Assembly: GCA_963808235.1 (NCBI GenBank)
Contig: CAWEEQ010000004.1
Coordinates: 2,400,001 to 2,464,000, forward strand
Direction: 5' to 3'
From: an uncultured delta proteobacterium
GTDB lineage: Bacteria > Desulfobacterota > Binatia > Binatales > Binataceae
Length of the DNA stretch: 64,000 nt
Numbering within the stretch: the first letter of the stretch is position 1; every line of letters starts with the position of its first letter. A model generated the notes under the pieces. The model searched no databases. It was given only the letters and a program-made list of their open reading frames with translations, and had not been told where the DNA came from. This document shows positions 1 to 10,309 of the stretch, in pieces. A program made the position numbers and the translations under genes.

Positions 1-1161
1 GAAGGACCTCTATCTCACTTTGTTCTCGTTTGTGGTTTGCTACTTGGATTCAAGTATCTAGAGACCCGCCGCAGACATCTGGCCACACTTAGTCTGACTG
101 TATTGAGTTCGATCTATCTATGCAGGCCCGACTTGCTACTCATGGTTGCTCCATTTTGCCTGCTGATACTTCTAAACTCGTATCAGGATTTTCGGACTGC
201 AGCGCGAATGGTAGCCATTGCGACCATGCCCATATGGCTTTGGACGATCTTCAGCGTTATCTACTATGGAGCACCTTTTCCCAACACCGCATACGCAAAG
301 CTGGGAACCGGCATTCCGTCAGGAGAATTGGTGCAGCAGGGGTTGATTTATTTGTTCGACTCACTTTCGAGAGATCCGCTGACCCTGACCCTTACTGCAA
401 TCGGTATACTGCTTTCGTTTCGCCAGGGTATAGAACAGAAAGCAATCGCCGTAGGAATAATCCTTTTCCTCGTCTACGTAGTCAGCATAGGCGGCGACTT
501 CATGAGTGGCCGGTTCCTCACGGTTCCGCTTTTGGCGGCCGCTGTGATCCTCGCCCGTACCGAGCTAGCTGGCCTTGCTATCGCGACTATCGCAATCGTA
601 GTAGCCGCTCTTGGAACAGTTACTTTGAACGCCACTATACTAAGCGGACCAGCCTATTCCGCGAATTCAATTCCGCCGAATGGAATCACTGACGAGCGGG
701 GCTTCATGTTCCCAGGTCGCGGCCTTCTGAATGCAAAACGCAATAGTCCGGATAGTGTGAATCAGACCGACTGGAGCCCTCGCCCGAAGTCAGTATCTAT
801 CCAGTTACAGTGTGGTTGGTTAGGATCCGCCAGTTTCGGGAACCCGCCGGAAGTTCACTACATCGATCCTTGTGCTCTGACGGATCCTCTACTGGCAAGG
901 TTGCCGGCGAAGTACGACCCTAACTGGAGGATCGGACATTTCGAGCGGCAGATACCAGCCGGATACGAAGAAAGCATTCAGCAGGATAGAAACCTGCTGC
1001 ACGATCCTCTTACAAAGCAGTACTGGGAAGTCATTCGAAAGGCCACTCGAGGACCGATTTTCAGCATCGAGAGATTCAAGGCAATAGCGCGTCTAAACCT
1101 GGGTCTCGTCACGAAGCCCGATACCGATTTGTACCGCACAGGTGACGCGGTCCATCGATAG
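1..1161 (+). CDS. GT-C-type membrane glycosyltransferase (AftB-like arabinofuranosyltransferase family), 5' truncated by window
   Basis: Frame open from base 1; multiple TM helices; motifs YYGAPFPNTAYAK, GGDFMSGRF, DPLLARLP, WRIGHFER; visibly more AT-rich than neighbours. Confidence 0.7.
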   Translation, partial: EGPLSHFVLVCGLLLGFKYLETRRRHLATLSLTVLSSIYLCRPDLLLMVAPFCLLILLNSYQDFRTAARMVAIATMPIWLWTIFSVIYYGAPFPNTAYAKLGTGIPSGELVQQGLIYLFDSLSRDPLTLTLTAIGILLSFRQGIEQKAIAVGIILFLVYVVSIGGDFMSGRFLTVPLLAAAVILARTELAGLAIATIAIVVAALGTVTLNATILSGPAYSANSIPPNGITDERGFMFPGRGLLNAKRNSPDSVNQTDWSPRPKSVSIQLQCGWLGSASFGNPPEVHYIDPCALTDPLLARLPAKYDPNWRIGHFERQIPAGYEESIQQDRNLLHDPLTKQYWEVIRKATRGPIFSIERFKAIARLNLGLVTKPDTDLYRTGDAVHR

Positions 1162-1263
1162 ACACCTGCATGCCCCCAGTTTGGAACAGTCGACAGGACG
1201 CGGCTATTGAAGAGCGGCCTCAGAATGGCGAAGCTGGCTTGATTCCGCGCAAGGAGTTGACAG

Positions 1264-2334
1264 ATGGATTTTGGGACGCTGATATTCACCAAGCCGGAGC
1301 ACGCGATAAGCGACGTCAGGTACGCAGAGGAGCGCGGCTTCAGTCATGCATGGATCCCCGACTCGCACATGATTTGGGGCGATACCTACGCGTGCATGGC
1401 GCTCGCGGCGGTGAATACAAAAAAGATCAAACTCGGAACCGGAGTTGCGATCGCGTCGAATCGGATTGCGCCGGTCACGGTGCATTCGATCGCTACGATC
1501 AACCAGCTGGCACCGGGTCGCGTGATATTGGGCTTCGGCACTGGTCATACCGGCCGGCGCGTGATGGGGCTGCCGCCGGTCAAGCAGGCGGAATTCCGCG
1601 AACAGGTGCGTGTGATTCACGACCTGCTCCAGAGTGGAGAGGCGACCTACAACACGGAGGGACTCAGCCGAAAAATTAAATACCTTCACCGCGATCGGCG
1701 CTTTATCAATCTCGACGATCGGATTCCATTTTACGTCGCCGCCAACGGGCCCAAGACGCTCGCGCTGGCGGGAGAGTTCGGCGATGGAGTCATTACGACG
1801 GGTATCACCGACGCGGACCGGGTTGCCGCGGTGCGAAAAAATCTCGCCGCCGGCGCGACGAAAGCGGGACGCAGTGCCGACAAGATGCCGATCGTCTCGT
1901 TGACGCATGTCTGCGTGCTGCGGCCCGGGGAACAACTCGATTCACCGCGGGTGAAGCAGATGACCGGGCATTGGGTGATGGCGAGTTTTCATGCGATCGC
2001 CGCAGGATACGCGGGCTCGGGTTATCTGCCGGAGGACGTTCAGCCGGTATACCGTGCGTACGAAAAATATGTTGCCGCGATGAAGACCCCGGCCGCGGAG
2101 CGTTACCTTGAGTTGCACCTCGGGCATTGCACTTACGTGGCGCCCGACGAGCGGCCGTTCGTCACACCGGCGACGATTTCAGCGACGACGATGATTGGGC
2201 CGCGCGAGGAAATCGTCGAGCGGCTCAGAGCGCTCGAGCGCGCGGGATTGTCGCAAGTGTTCATCAATCCACCGATGGACGGATTCAACGATTGTATTGA
2301 CGAGATTTCGCGCGACGTAATCGAACGGATGTGA
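1264..2334 (+). CDS. LLM class flavin/F420-dependent oxidoreductase
   Basis: AEERGFSHAWIPDSH, IKLGTGV, APGRVILGFGTG, AANGPKTLALAGEFGDG; AAGGAG RBS upstream. Confidence 0.9.
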   Translation: MDFGTLIFTKPEHAISDVRYAEERGFSHAWIPDSHMIWGDTYACMALAAVNTKKIKLGTGVAIASNRIAPVTVHSIATINQLAPGRVILGFGTGHTGRRVMGLPPVKQAEFREQVRVIHDLLQSGEATYNTEGLSRKIKYLHRDRRFINLDDRIPFYVAANGPKTLALAGEFGDGVITTGITDADRVAAVRKNLAAGATKAGRSADKMPIVSLTHVCVLRPGEQLDSPRVKQMTGHWVMASFHAIAAGYAGSGYLPEDVQPVYRAYEKYVAAMKTPAAERYLELHLGHCTYVAPDERPFVTPATISATTMIGPREEIVERLRALERAGLSQVFINPPMDGFNDCIDEISRDVIERM

Positions 2335-2347
2335 GCGTGCGTGGCCC

Positions 2348-3886
2348 TCAAGCGGTCGGGGCGACTTCGACCAATGCAATCTTTTCCGCGGCCAGCGCGG
2401 GAACGTAGTAGGCCTCGGGCGAGCCCCACACGGTCGCAGGACGCGGCCGCGCACCGACCGCGATCGGATTCAGGAACACTTCGGAAATATTGGCGTTGAT
2501 GCGCAAGCAGTTGGGCGCGAGCGGCTCCGATAGTTCTCCATTTCGAATCAGGTACGAATCGCCGCTGACAGTGCAGGTGAAGTCTCCGGCGCGCTGTCCG
2601 TTGATCGGATAGGTGTACCAGACGCGGCCGACGTAGATTCCGTCGCCCACGGTTCGGATCAGCTCGCGGTCAGCGAGACCGGCGCGGGTGCGCATCACGA
2701 CGTTGGTCCCGGCAGCGCCCGGGCTCGCGTCAAAGCGCCGCGCACCGCTCTCACCAAGCCGGTAGCCGCTGCGCGGTGGAAAATCGAGTTGGGCGGGGGC
2801 GCGGGGCCCGAGTTTTTCCGCACGATGCTCATCGGTGAGGAGGCGATTGGTATCGTAAAAGTCCGAGAGCAGACCAACCAACTGGCCGTTGCGAATCATT
2901 TCGACGCGGCCCGCGGGAATTCCTTCGCAAGTGATTCGACGACGCATCGCACCAGCGCGATACACGGGATCGTCAGCGAGACTGAGCCGCGCATCCATCA
3001 CGCGCTCACCGAATTTCGCGTGATAGGCGGAACTCGCAGCGTGAAACGATCCAGTGGTCAGCGAGCCCATCACCATGTAGTTCAAGATTTCTGCTACTGG
3101 CTGCGGACCGAGAACGACGCGAAATGTTCCCGACGCGAGCCGGGCGCCGTGGGCGAGCGCGAGCGCGCGCATCACCGCGTCGCGGCCCAGCGCGGTCGCC
3201 GCAGCGCGCATCGCCGCAGCAGAACCGCCGAGGGTGTTGGCGGTGCCCTTGGCGTCGAGCGATTCGACTATCGCCGTGACGGAAGAGTTGAAGTGCGCGC
3301 TTTCGTCGGTGCGAATTTCGGCGAAGTTCGAATTGATCACCGCGATTCGATCGCGAATCACGGATACGTCACCGCCAATGATCAGGCCCGGGCGCTCGAC
3401 GGGCGATCCGCCGGATTGCTTTGGCGCATGCTTCGCGAAACTTTCGAGCGCTCCGCCCAGCACGTCCCAGGCGGCGGAGGCGATCGCGCTATCGGCCACT
3501 GTCGCGAGGTCGCTCTTTTCGAGCGGAGCCCCGACGAGTCTCTGCGGCTCGGCCGGGAAACCGTGAAAATGCGGATCGACAACGGCTGCGCTACGCGCGC
3601 GGCGAAGAGCGTCACGCACGGAGTCACGGCTTAAGTCGGCGGCCTCAAACGCGGAGCCGATTTCATGCGGATCGCGGCGCATCGCGATGCGGAGCTGGAA
3701 ACCGTCGGCGTGGAGCGATTTGAACTCTTCGAGTCCGCGGCTCGGAATATCGGAGGTATAGTTGAGCCGCGCGATGCGCGATTCGGACGACGCGGCGTAA
3801 ATCTCGAAGCTCGCGAGATCGGGTTCGCGCGCGAGAATCGCGGCGGCCTCGCGCGTGAAAATTTTGAGTTCCGCAGCCTTGAGCAT
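2348..3886 (-). CDS. TldE/PmbA-like subunit of TldD/E metalloprotease
   Basis: Coupled to tldD; VVLGPQPV, GDFTCTVSG and NG-L-EP C-terminal motifs; no HExxH. Confidence 0.75.
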   Translation of the reverse strand: MLKAAELKIFTREAAAILAREPDLASFEIYAASSESRIARLNYTSDIPSRGLEEFKSLHADGFQLRIAMRRDPHEIGSAFEAADLSRDSVRDALRRARSAAVVDPHFHGFPAEPQRLVGAPLEKSDLATVADSAIASAAWDVLGGALESFAKHAPKQSGGSPVERPGLIIGGDVSVIRDRIAVINSNFAEIRTDESAHFNSSVTAIVESLDAKGTANTLGGSAAAMRAAATALGRDAVMRALALAHGARLASGTFRVVLGPQPVAEILNYMVMGSLTTGSFHAASSAYHAKFGERVMDARLSLADDPVYRAGAMRRRITCEGIPAGRVEMIRNGQLVGLLSDFYDTNRLLTDEHRAEKLGPRAPAQLDFPPRSGYRLGESGARRFDASPGAAGTNVVMRTRAGLADRELIRTVGDGIYVGRVWYTYPINGQRAGDFTCTVSGDSYLIRNGELSEPLAPNCLRINANISEVFLNPIAVGARPRPATVWGSPEAYYVPALAAEKIALVEVAPTA

Positions 3887-5463
3887 CAGCCGCCACCGAG
3901 TCGGGCGCGTGATCGCAGGGTCGGACCGCCGTTGGACATCCGCTTGACCTGCATCGGCTGCCCCTTGCCGCAGTTGGGGATCGCGACGAGCCGCAAGTCG
4001 TTGCCGACCGCGTCGACATTCATGAAGAAGCTTTTCGAATCGGCGATGAGGCTGCCGGAACGGAACATTCGGCCGACCTTTCCGTGATCGATCTCGTAAA
4101 CGCGACGCGCCGAGATTCGAAAATTCTCGCGCGATTCGGCAATCGACGGGATCTGATGGCCGCAGACGTAGTAGCCGTGCTCGACGTCGGCGATGATTTT
4201 CTCCGGCGGCGTCTCACCGGGCATGAAGAACGTGTTCGACATCCTGATCAACGGCAGGTGCCATCCTTCGCTCGCACGCGCGGATCCGTTGGGCGGTGCG
4301 CCGAGCAACGCTGCGGTCGCCCGTGAATTGAGAAAGCCGCTGAACACGCCGCGATCGATATGCGTCACGCGCTGTCCGCGGGTTCCTTCGTGGTCGTAAA
4401 GATAGTGTCCATAGCCGTCGAGACTCGGATCAGAGCAAGCGGAGAGGATCGGCGACCCGACCATCTTCCCGAGCTGATTGTCCACCAGCGAGCGCAGGAA
4501 CCAACTGCGTCCTGCGTAGGCCGCCTCCATCTTGAGTGCGCGATCTGCTTCGCACGGATGGCCGATTACCTCGTGCGCGACCAGCGCGTTGAAATGCGGA
4601 TCGGTCACGACCACGACTTCGCCGTCGGGAGGCTTCAGCACCGGCGCCGCGGCAAGCTCGCGCGCTTCGTTAGCGAGATTCACACAAAATCTGCCGAGGT
4701 CAGGATTTGGCATCAGCTCGCCTCGCCATCCGTCGCTGAGGCACTCGAGACCGCGCTGTTGGCCAATCGTATCGTAGCTCTCCTGATGACCGTCACCGCT
4801 CTGCGCGACGACGTAACAGTCGCCCTGCGAGAACGCGTACGCTTGCGAGACTACGGTTCCCTCGCTGTCGATGAAAATTTCGCGGCGCAGTTCGGTCATC
4901 GCGGCGACGACCTGGTAGGCGATCGAGTCGCCAAGGCCGGCGACCTCCCGCGACGCGTCCAGCGAAATTTTCTTGAGTTCGTCGGTTGAGAGCGAGCGTG
5001 GATCGCGCTCGAAGATCGCCTCGACGTCGTCATGCACTGGATTGCGCTTGGGAATCGGCGGAACGATCAGGCCGCCAGCGGAATTTCCGAGGCGTTTGAT
5101 GAGATCGGCTTTTTCGCGCGCGCTGAAGCGAGCGCGGTGATAAGCGTCGGTCAGCCCGCGCTTGAGTTCGGCGACCATCTTCCCCGGCCGGCCGGCGAGC
5201 ACGCCAATCTCGGCGCCAGTTTGACCGTGGCCAATCGGGCCGGCGCGATCGGCCACCTGGACCGAAACCGCGTAGGACGCACTCTCGCTCTCAGAGCCGT
5301 CGCGAGGCTCTCCGCCGACGGCGGCAGCGGCGCGGTTGAAAACCACTTCGGCGCGCAGGTCCGCATAGATCACTCCGCGATTTGCACGAGCGAAGCGCGC
5401 GAGGATGCCCTCGCCTTCGCGACGCAGATACTCGATTGCTTCGAACAAGTCGCCGCGCGCCAT
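3886..5463 (-). CDS. tldD: TldD metalloprotease
   Basis: HEVIGHPCEADR zinc motif, RMSNTF, CGKGQPMQ C-terminus; start moved to ATG 5463 to avoid overlap with GNAT. Confidence 0.9.
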   Translation of the reverse strand: MARGDLFEAIEYLRREGEGILARFARANRGVIYADLRAEVVFNRAAAAVGGEPRDGSESESASYAVSVQVADRAGPIGHGQTGAEIGVLAGRPGKMVAELKRGLTDAYHRARFSAREKADLIKRLGNSAGGLIVPPIPKRNPVHDDVEAIFERDPRSLSTDELKKISLDASREVAGLGDSIAYQVVAAMTELRREIFIDSEGTVVSQAYAFSQGDCYVVAQSGDGHQESYDTIGQQRGLECLSDGWRGELMPNPDLGRFCVNLANEARELAAAPVLKPPDGEVVVVTDPHFNALVAHEVIGHPCEADRALKMEAAYAGRSWFLRSLVDNQLGKMVGSPILSACSDPSLDGYGHYLYDHEGTRGQRVTHIDRGVFSGFLNSRATAALLGAPPNGSARASEGWHLPLIRMSNTFFMPGETPPEKIIADVEHGYYVCGHQIPSIAESRENFRISARRVYEIDHGKVGRMFRSGSLIADSKSFFMNVDAVGNDLRLVAIPNCGKGQPMQVKRMSNGGPTLRSRARLGGG

Positions 5464-5516
5464 CAGAGACTGTTTGTATCGGGCGGCCGGTTCATGTGCG
5501 CGAGACTTCCGGTGGT

Positions 5517-6374
5517 TCAGTACAGGACCGACGGCAGGTATGCTCCCGCCGGCTCGTTGTAGAGACCGATCGTCATCAGGGTCATCTGATGCACCAGGCG
5601 CAGTCCGTTTTGGAGACACCAGCGAAACAGCTCACCGTTGCGCGTCGGCAGCAGAAAACCGCCGCCACCAATCTCCGGAGCAGCGGAGATAAGCGCTTTG
5701 AGGTCCTGATTGGTTTCGCCCACAGCGTGCGCAAAGAAGGCCACGTCGGTCGAATAGCCGGTGATCCTTCCCAGATGCTCGACGACTCTGGCCGTGCCTT
5801 GATTGATAGCGTCGCGAAGCTCGCCGCCGCGGTCATGACCATGCACGCGGCGACAGAGTTGATTGCAGGCATCGAGGTCCCGCTCTGCGGCCGACCGCAC
5901 TTCGTACCCGGGCAATTTCAACTTGGGTGGCGGCCCGAACATCTTGGATAGCGTTTCGCGGGTGTCGAAACCGAGTTTCGTGTACAGGCAGAGCGAGCGA
6001 TTGTGGTAGGCCGCCTGAACCAGTCGAATCCCGGCGAAGCCGCGTTGTGCCGATCGCTCCATCACGCCGAGCATCAGCTGCCGCCCGACGGTCTGATTCT
6101 GCACCGCCGGATCGACCGAGATCGGACCAACTCCGGATATCGGGTTTCGCTCATCGAGAAAGTTGCTACCGACGACTGTGCCGTTCATCTCCGCTACCAG
6201 GGAATAGAAGCCCGGGTTGGATAGCATCATCGTGACCACGGCGGTCGCAATCTCGACCGACGGAAAGTCCCAAGGGAAGTTATGCTGACTGGAAACCGAC
6301 TTGAAGGCCTCGAAGTCGATCAGCCCGCACGCTGCTGCATCTTCTCGTGTACCTGGTCGCAGTTTTGGGTTCAT
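5517..6374 (-). CDS. GNAT family N-acetyltransferase (two-domain)
   Basis: VGPISVDPAVQNQTVGRQLM acetyl-CoA motif A; LYTKLGF. Confidence 0.85.
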   Translation of the reverse strand: MNPKLRPGTREDAAACGLIDFEAFKSVSSQHNFPWDFPSVEIATAVVTMMLSNPGFYSLVAEMNGTVVGSNFLDERNPISGVGPISVDPAVQNQTVGRQLMLGVMERSAQRGFAGIRLVQAAYHNRSLCLYTKLGFDTRETLSKMFGPPPKLKLPGYEVRSAAERDLDACNQLCRRVHGHDRGGELRDAINQGTARVVEHLGRITGYSTDVAFFAHAVGETNQDLKALISAAPEIGGGGFLLPTRNGELFRWCLQNGLRLVHQMTLMTIGLYNEPAGAYLPSVLY

Positions 6375-6380
6375 TTCGAT

Positions 6381-7581
6381 TCAGATGACTCCCTCGCGCT
6401 TCAGATCGTCGAGCTGGCCGGCGCCGAGGCCGAGCAGCTCGCCGTAAACGTCGGCGTTATGCTGGCCGAGCAGAGGCGCCGAGGTTACCTCGACGGGCGA
6501 GTCCTCGAGGCGCACCGGACATCCGGGCATCGTGAAGTCGCCGCGCACCGGATGCTTGATCGTGACGATCATGCCGCGCTGCTTCATATGCGGATCGTTC
6601 AACAGCTCGACGCTGTCGAGCACGGCGCCGCAAGGGACTCCAGCTTCGCCTAGGATGCGCATCACTTCGAACTTGGTGTGGCGGCCGGTCCATTCGTTGA
6701 TGATCGCGGTCAGCGTGTCGACGTTCTGTGCGCGGCTTCGGCCCGCGTGGAAACGTTCGTCGCTCGCGAGTTCCGGCCGGCCCATCACGTTGCACAGGCT
6801 CTGGAACATGTCGGGCGAGGTGCAAAGGATGTAGCAGTAATCGTTGTCGCCGCCGGGCGCGCATTTGTAGATGTCGCCCGGACCACCGCCACCGACGCGA
6901 TTGCCGGTGCGCGGGCGTGGGCTTCTTAGTGACGTAGGTTCCCATCATGGGAACGCGCACGAAATTCAGCACCGCTTCCTGCATCGCGACTTCGACCTTC
7001 TGCCCCTTGCCGGTGCGCTCTCGCTGGATGTATGCGGCGAGCACGCCGACCGCCGCATGCATCCCGGTGCCGGTGTCGCCGATGGTCGGGCCGGGCTTGA
7101 GCGGCGGCGAGCCGGGAAATCCCGTCAGCGCCATCGCGCCGCCGCTTGCTTGAGCGATCATGTCGAAGCTCTTGTACTTGCTATACGGGCCGTGAGTGCC
7201 GAAGCCCTTGATGGTCAGATAGATCAGCCGCGGATTTATTTCGCGCAGCTTGTCGTAGCCGAGGCCGAGGCTCTCGAGCGTGCCGAGCGAAAAGTTTTCG
7301 CTGAGTATGTCGACCTGCTTCACGAGATCGAGGAACATCGCGCGGCCCTTGTCGCTCTTGAGGTTCAGCGTGATGCCGCGTTTGTTCGCATTGAGCAGGA
7401 TGAAGTAGTAGGAATCGACGCCCTGCTTTTCGGTCAATAGCCAGCGCCCCTGCTCGCCCATCTTTGGCGATTCGACCTTGATTACGTCGGCGCCGAGCCA
7501 CGCGAGCATCTCGGTGCACGAGGTGCCGGCTTCGAACTGAGTCATGTCGAGGACTTTCACACCGGCCAGCGCTTTTTCCAT
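6381..7581 (-). CDS. CaiB/BaiF (family III) CoA transferase, frameshift near 6915
   Basis: [39 protein letters not shown] in one frame; C-terminal APLLGQHN in the next frame; one extra C restores continuity. Confidence 0.9.
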
Positions 7582-7734
7582 TGCCGCCCTCCGCAAATTG
7601 CGCGCGCTAAAATATGAGCATGGTGACTGTCTGAACGCGCGCTTCGATCTTATGTAGCGCTCGCGACAGCGCGGGAGCAAGGATGGGGAAAGATGGGGTT
7701 AAGTCTTTCGCCGCGGTCTGGTACAAATCACATT

Positions 7735-8868
7735 GTGACCGATACTCCCGTATCCAAGATTGCGCGAATCCGCGAGGAACTGAACCGCATGTTCCTCGAG
7801 CGCGCCGATTTGATCGATGGCGCGATCGTCGCGATGCTGTCGGCGAATCACGTGCTCATAATCGGGCCGCCGGGAACGGCAAAGTCGATGCTCGCTGATG
7901 AGCTATGCGGCCGGATCGAAGGCGCCAACTATTTTCAGTGGCTGTTGACGAAGTTCAGCACGCCGGAGGAAATTTTCGGCGCGGTAAGTTTGAAGGGCCT
8001 CGAAGAAGACGACTATCGGCGCGTCACCGCACACAAGCTGCCGGAGGCGCATATCGCGTTTCTGGACGAAATCTTCAAGGCCAATTCATCGATCCTCAAC
8101 GCGCTGCTGACGATAATCAACGAGCGCGTTTTTCATAACGGACGCGCACGCGTCGCGGTGCCGCTCATCACGATGTTCGGCGCGTCGAACGAACTGCCCG
8201 ACGAGGACGAGCTGACCGCGCTCTACGACCGCTTCATGCTGCGCTTCATGGCGGATTACATCACCGAGGAACACGGCTTTATCCGAATGATGGCGGGCGG
8301 AGCGGAGCGGGCCCGGACGACGCTTACATTTGCGGAGCTGGAGGAACTGCGCGCGGTGACGGCGGCGGTGAAAGTTCCCGGGCCGATCCTGGAGTCGATC
8401 GCGCAGATAAGACGCGAACTCGCGCGCGAACAAATTATCGTTTCGGATCGGCGATGGAAAAATTCGCTCGGCGTGCTGCGCGCGCATGCGATCCTCGCGG
8501 GGCGGAGCGCGGTCACCGAAGACGACCTGATGTTTCTCGCGCACGTGCTCTGGAAGGATCCCGAAGAAAGGCCGAAAGTGAATGAGGCAATCCGCCGAAT
8601 CGTGCGCGGATACGAAGACAAGCTGCAGGAGCTGGTGTTCGAGAGCCGCGAGCTGCGCGAATATGCCGAAGGCTCGTGGGAGAGCGCGGAGCTGCGCCGG
8701 CGCGCATTGACCGAAGCCAACGCCAAGCTCGCCAACCTGGTAACGCGCTTCGACAGCCTGATGAAAGAAGCGTCCGACAGCGGACGCACGATTGCGAATG
8801 CGGATCGGATGCGAATTGAAGTGAAGGATATACAGCAGGCGCTGTTTCGCAGAAGCGTCGGCGACTGA
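7735..8868 (+). CDS. MoxR/RavA-like AAA+ ATPase
   Basis: GPPGTAKS Walker A, FLDEIFKANSSILNALL, ASNELP, ALYDRF; start uncertain (7693 or 7735). Confidence 0.9.
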   Translation: MTDTPVSKIARIREELNRMFLERADLIDGAIVAMLSANHVLIIGPPGTAKSMLADELCGRIEGANYFQWLLTKFSTPEEIFGAVSLKGLEEDDYRRVTAHKLPEAHIAFLDEIFKANSSILNALLTIINERVFHNGRARVAVPLITMFGASNELPDEDELTALYDRFMLRFMADYITEEHGFIRMMAGGAERARTTLTFAELEELRAVTAAVKVPGPILESIAQIRRELAREQIIVSDRRWKNSLGVLRAHAILAGRSAVTEDDLMFLAHVLWKDPEERPKVNEAIRRIVRGYEDKLQELVFESRELREYAEGSWESAELRRRALTEANAKLANLVTRFDSLMKEASDSGRTIANADRMRIEVKDIQQALFRRSVGD

Positions 8869-8872
8869 AAAA

Positions 8873-9652
8873 ATGCCGGCCGAAGAATCCACGCCCGCAA
8901 TTGTGCTCCGCGCACGCGACTACGCCGAGTCGGATCGAATCGTCACGCTGCTGACGCGCAACGCCGGCAAAGTGAGCGGAATCGCGAAGGGCGCGAAAGC
9001 GTCCCGGCATCGCTTCGAGCGCAAACTCGAACCGTTTTCGCACGTGGTGCTCCATTTTCGCAGACGCCCGCATGGACAACTGGTATTCATCACGCGCGCC
9101 GAGGCGGCCGATCTCGCGCAACACGTCCTCGACGACGACCTCGCCAAAATTGCGCTCGGCAGCTACATGCTCGAACTCACCGACGCGCTGACCACCGAGG
9201 AGAGCGAAGCGGCGGAGGCATATCGGGTGCTGTCGGAGGGCCTCGGCACGCTCGCGAGCGGAACCGCGGACTCGGCGCTCCGCCAGGCGTTCGAGATGCG
9301 TCTGCTCGGATGGGCGGGATTCGGACTCGAGTTCGGGCGATGCCGATTATGCGCGACGATCAGTTCCAACGATACCGCGCCGGTCTATTTCGTGATCTCG
9401 CGCGGCGGCGTGGTGTGCGCGCGATGCCGGCCGGCGGTCGCGGAAGGCGCAATCAAGCTGGCGGCGCGCAGCGCGGCGATCCTCGCGCGCTTGAGCGCTC
9501 TCCCTATGAACGATTCGCCCGGCTCGGAATCCGCGGGCCCGGACGGAGCACTCGCACTCGCGCGGTTTATCGGATCGATTGTCGATCGGAGACTTCGAAG
9601 CGCGGAATTTCTCGATTCGATATTGCCCGGCGCGGGCAAGGCGTCGATCTAG
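8873..9652 (+). CDS. recO: DNA repair protein RecO
   Basis: AIVLRARDYAESDRIVTLLT..GKVSGIAKGAKAS..RF; CxxC...CxxC zinc finger. Confidence 0.95.
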   Translation: MPAEESTPAIVLRARDYAESDRIVTLLTRNAGKVSGIAKGAKASRHRFERKLEPFSHVVLHFRRRPHGQLVFITRAEAADLAQHVLDDDLAKIALGSYMLELTDALTTEESEAAEAYRVLSEGLGTLASGTADSALRQAFEMRLLGWAGFGLEFGRCRLCATISSNDTAPVYFVISRGGVVCARCRPAVAEGAIKLAARSAAILARLSALPMNDSPGSESAGPDGALALARFIGSIVDRRLRSAEFLDSILPGAGKASI

Positions 9653-10251
9653 CCGCCCGATTCGTCGGCGGGCGCCTCATCGTAGTCAACTTGAGGCTCG
9701 CGGTAGCTGCCGCTTACGTGCTCGATCACAACGATTCCGCAGTTCGGTGGAACGTGGGCGTTCTCCCATTTTCCGGTGACGTGCGCCCACACCGAGCGCA
9801 TCACGCCGCCGTGACTGACTATTACAATTTCTTTGTCGGAATGTTTTTTCGCGACTCGATCAAGCACCGGCGCCACGCGCCTTAGCACGTCCTCATGGCT
9901 TTCGCCCCCCGGTGGACGCCATGTCCATGAGCGCTTCGGGTCGAAAGTAGGATCGCTCGCGACCGACTCGTAGGGCTGGCCCGCGAGGTCGCCAAGACTC
10001 ATCTCTCGAAACTCGGCTTCGTATTCGATCGGGATACCGAGTTCTTCTGCGATGATGCGGCCGGTCTCGCGCGCGCGTGCGAAGGTACTCGCGATTACCA
10101 GCGTCGGCTTGAATTTGAGCTTGATCTTGATCGCTGCCTCGCGCGCCTGCCGCCGCCCCAAGTCGGTTATCTTTGCCTCGCCGGAAGTGGTGAAGCGGCG
10201 AATCGCGTTGCCTTCGCTCTCGCCGTGCCGAACCATTATCAACTTACCCAT
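9649..10251 (-). CDS. Histidine phosphatase (phosphoglycerate mutase family)
   Basis: LIMVRHGES, RARETG, GGES, IVSHGG. Confidence 0.9.
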   Translation of the reverse strand: MGKLIMVRHGESEGNAIRRFTTSGEAKITDLGRRQAREAAIKIKLKFKPTLVIASTFARARETGRIIAEELGIPIEYEAEFREMSLGDLAGQPYESVASDPTFDPKRSWTWRPPGGESHEDVLRRVAPVLDRVAKKHSDKEIVIVSHGGVMRSVWAHVTGKWENAHVPPNCGIVVIEHVSGSYREPQVDYDEAPADESGG

Positions 10252-10309
10252 ATGATCGAAATTCTCTCTCAGAAGTAAATTTCGCGCCACCGCGAGTCTT
10301 GGCGAGCGA

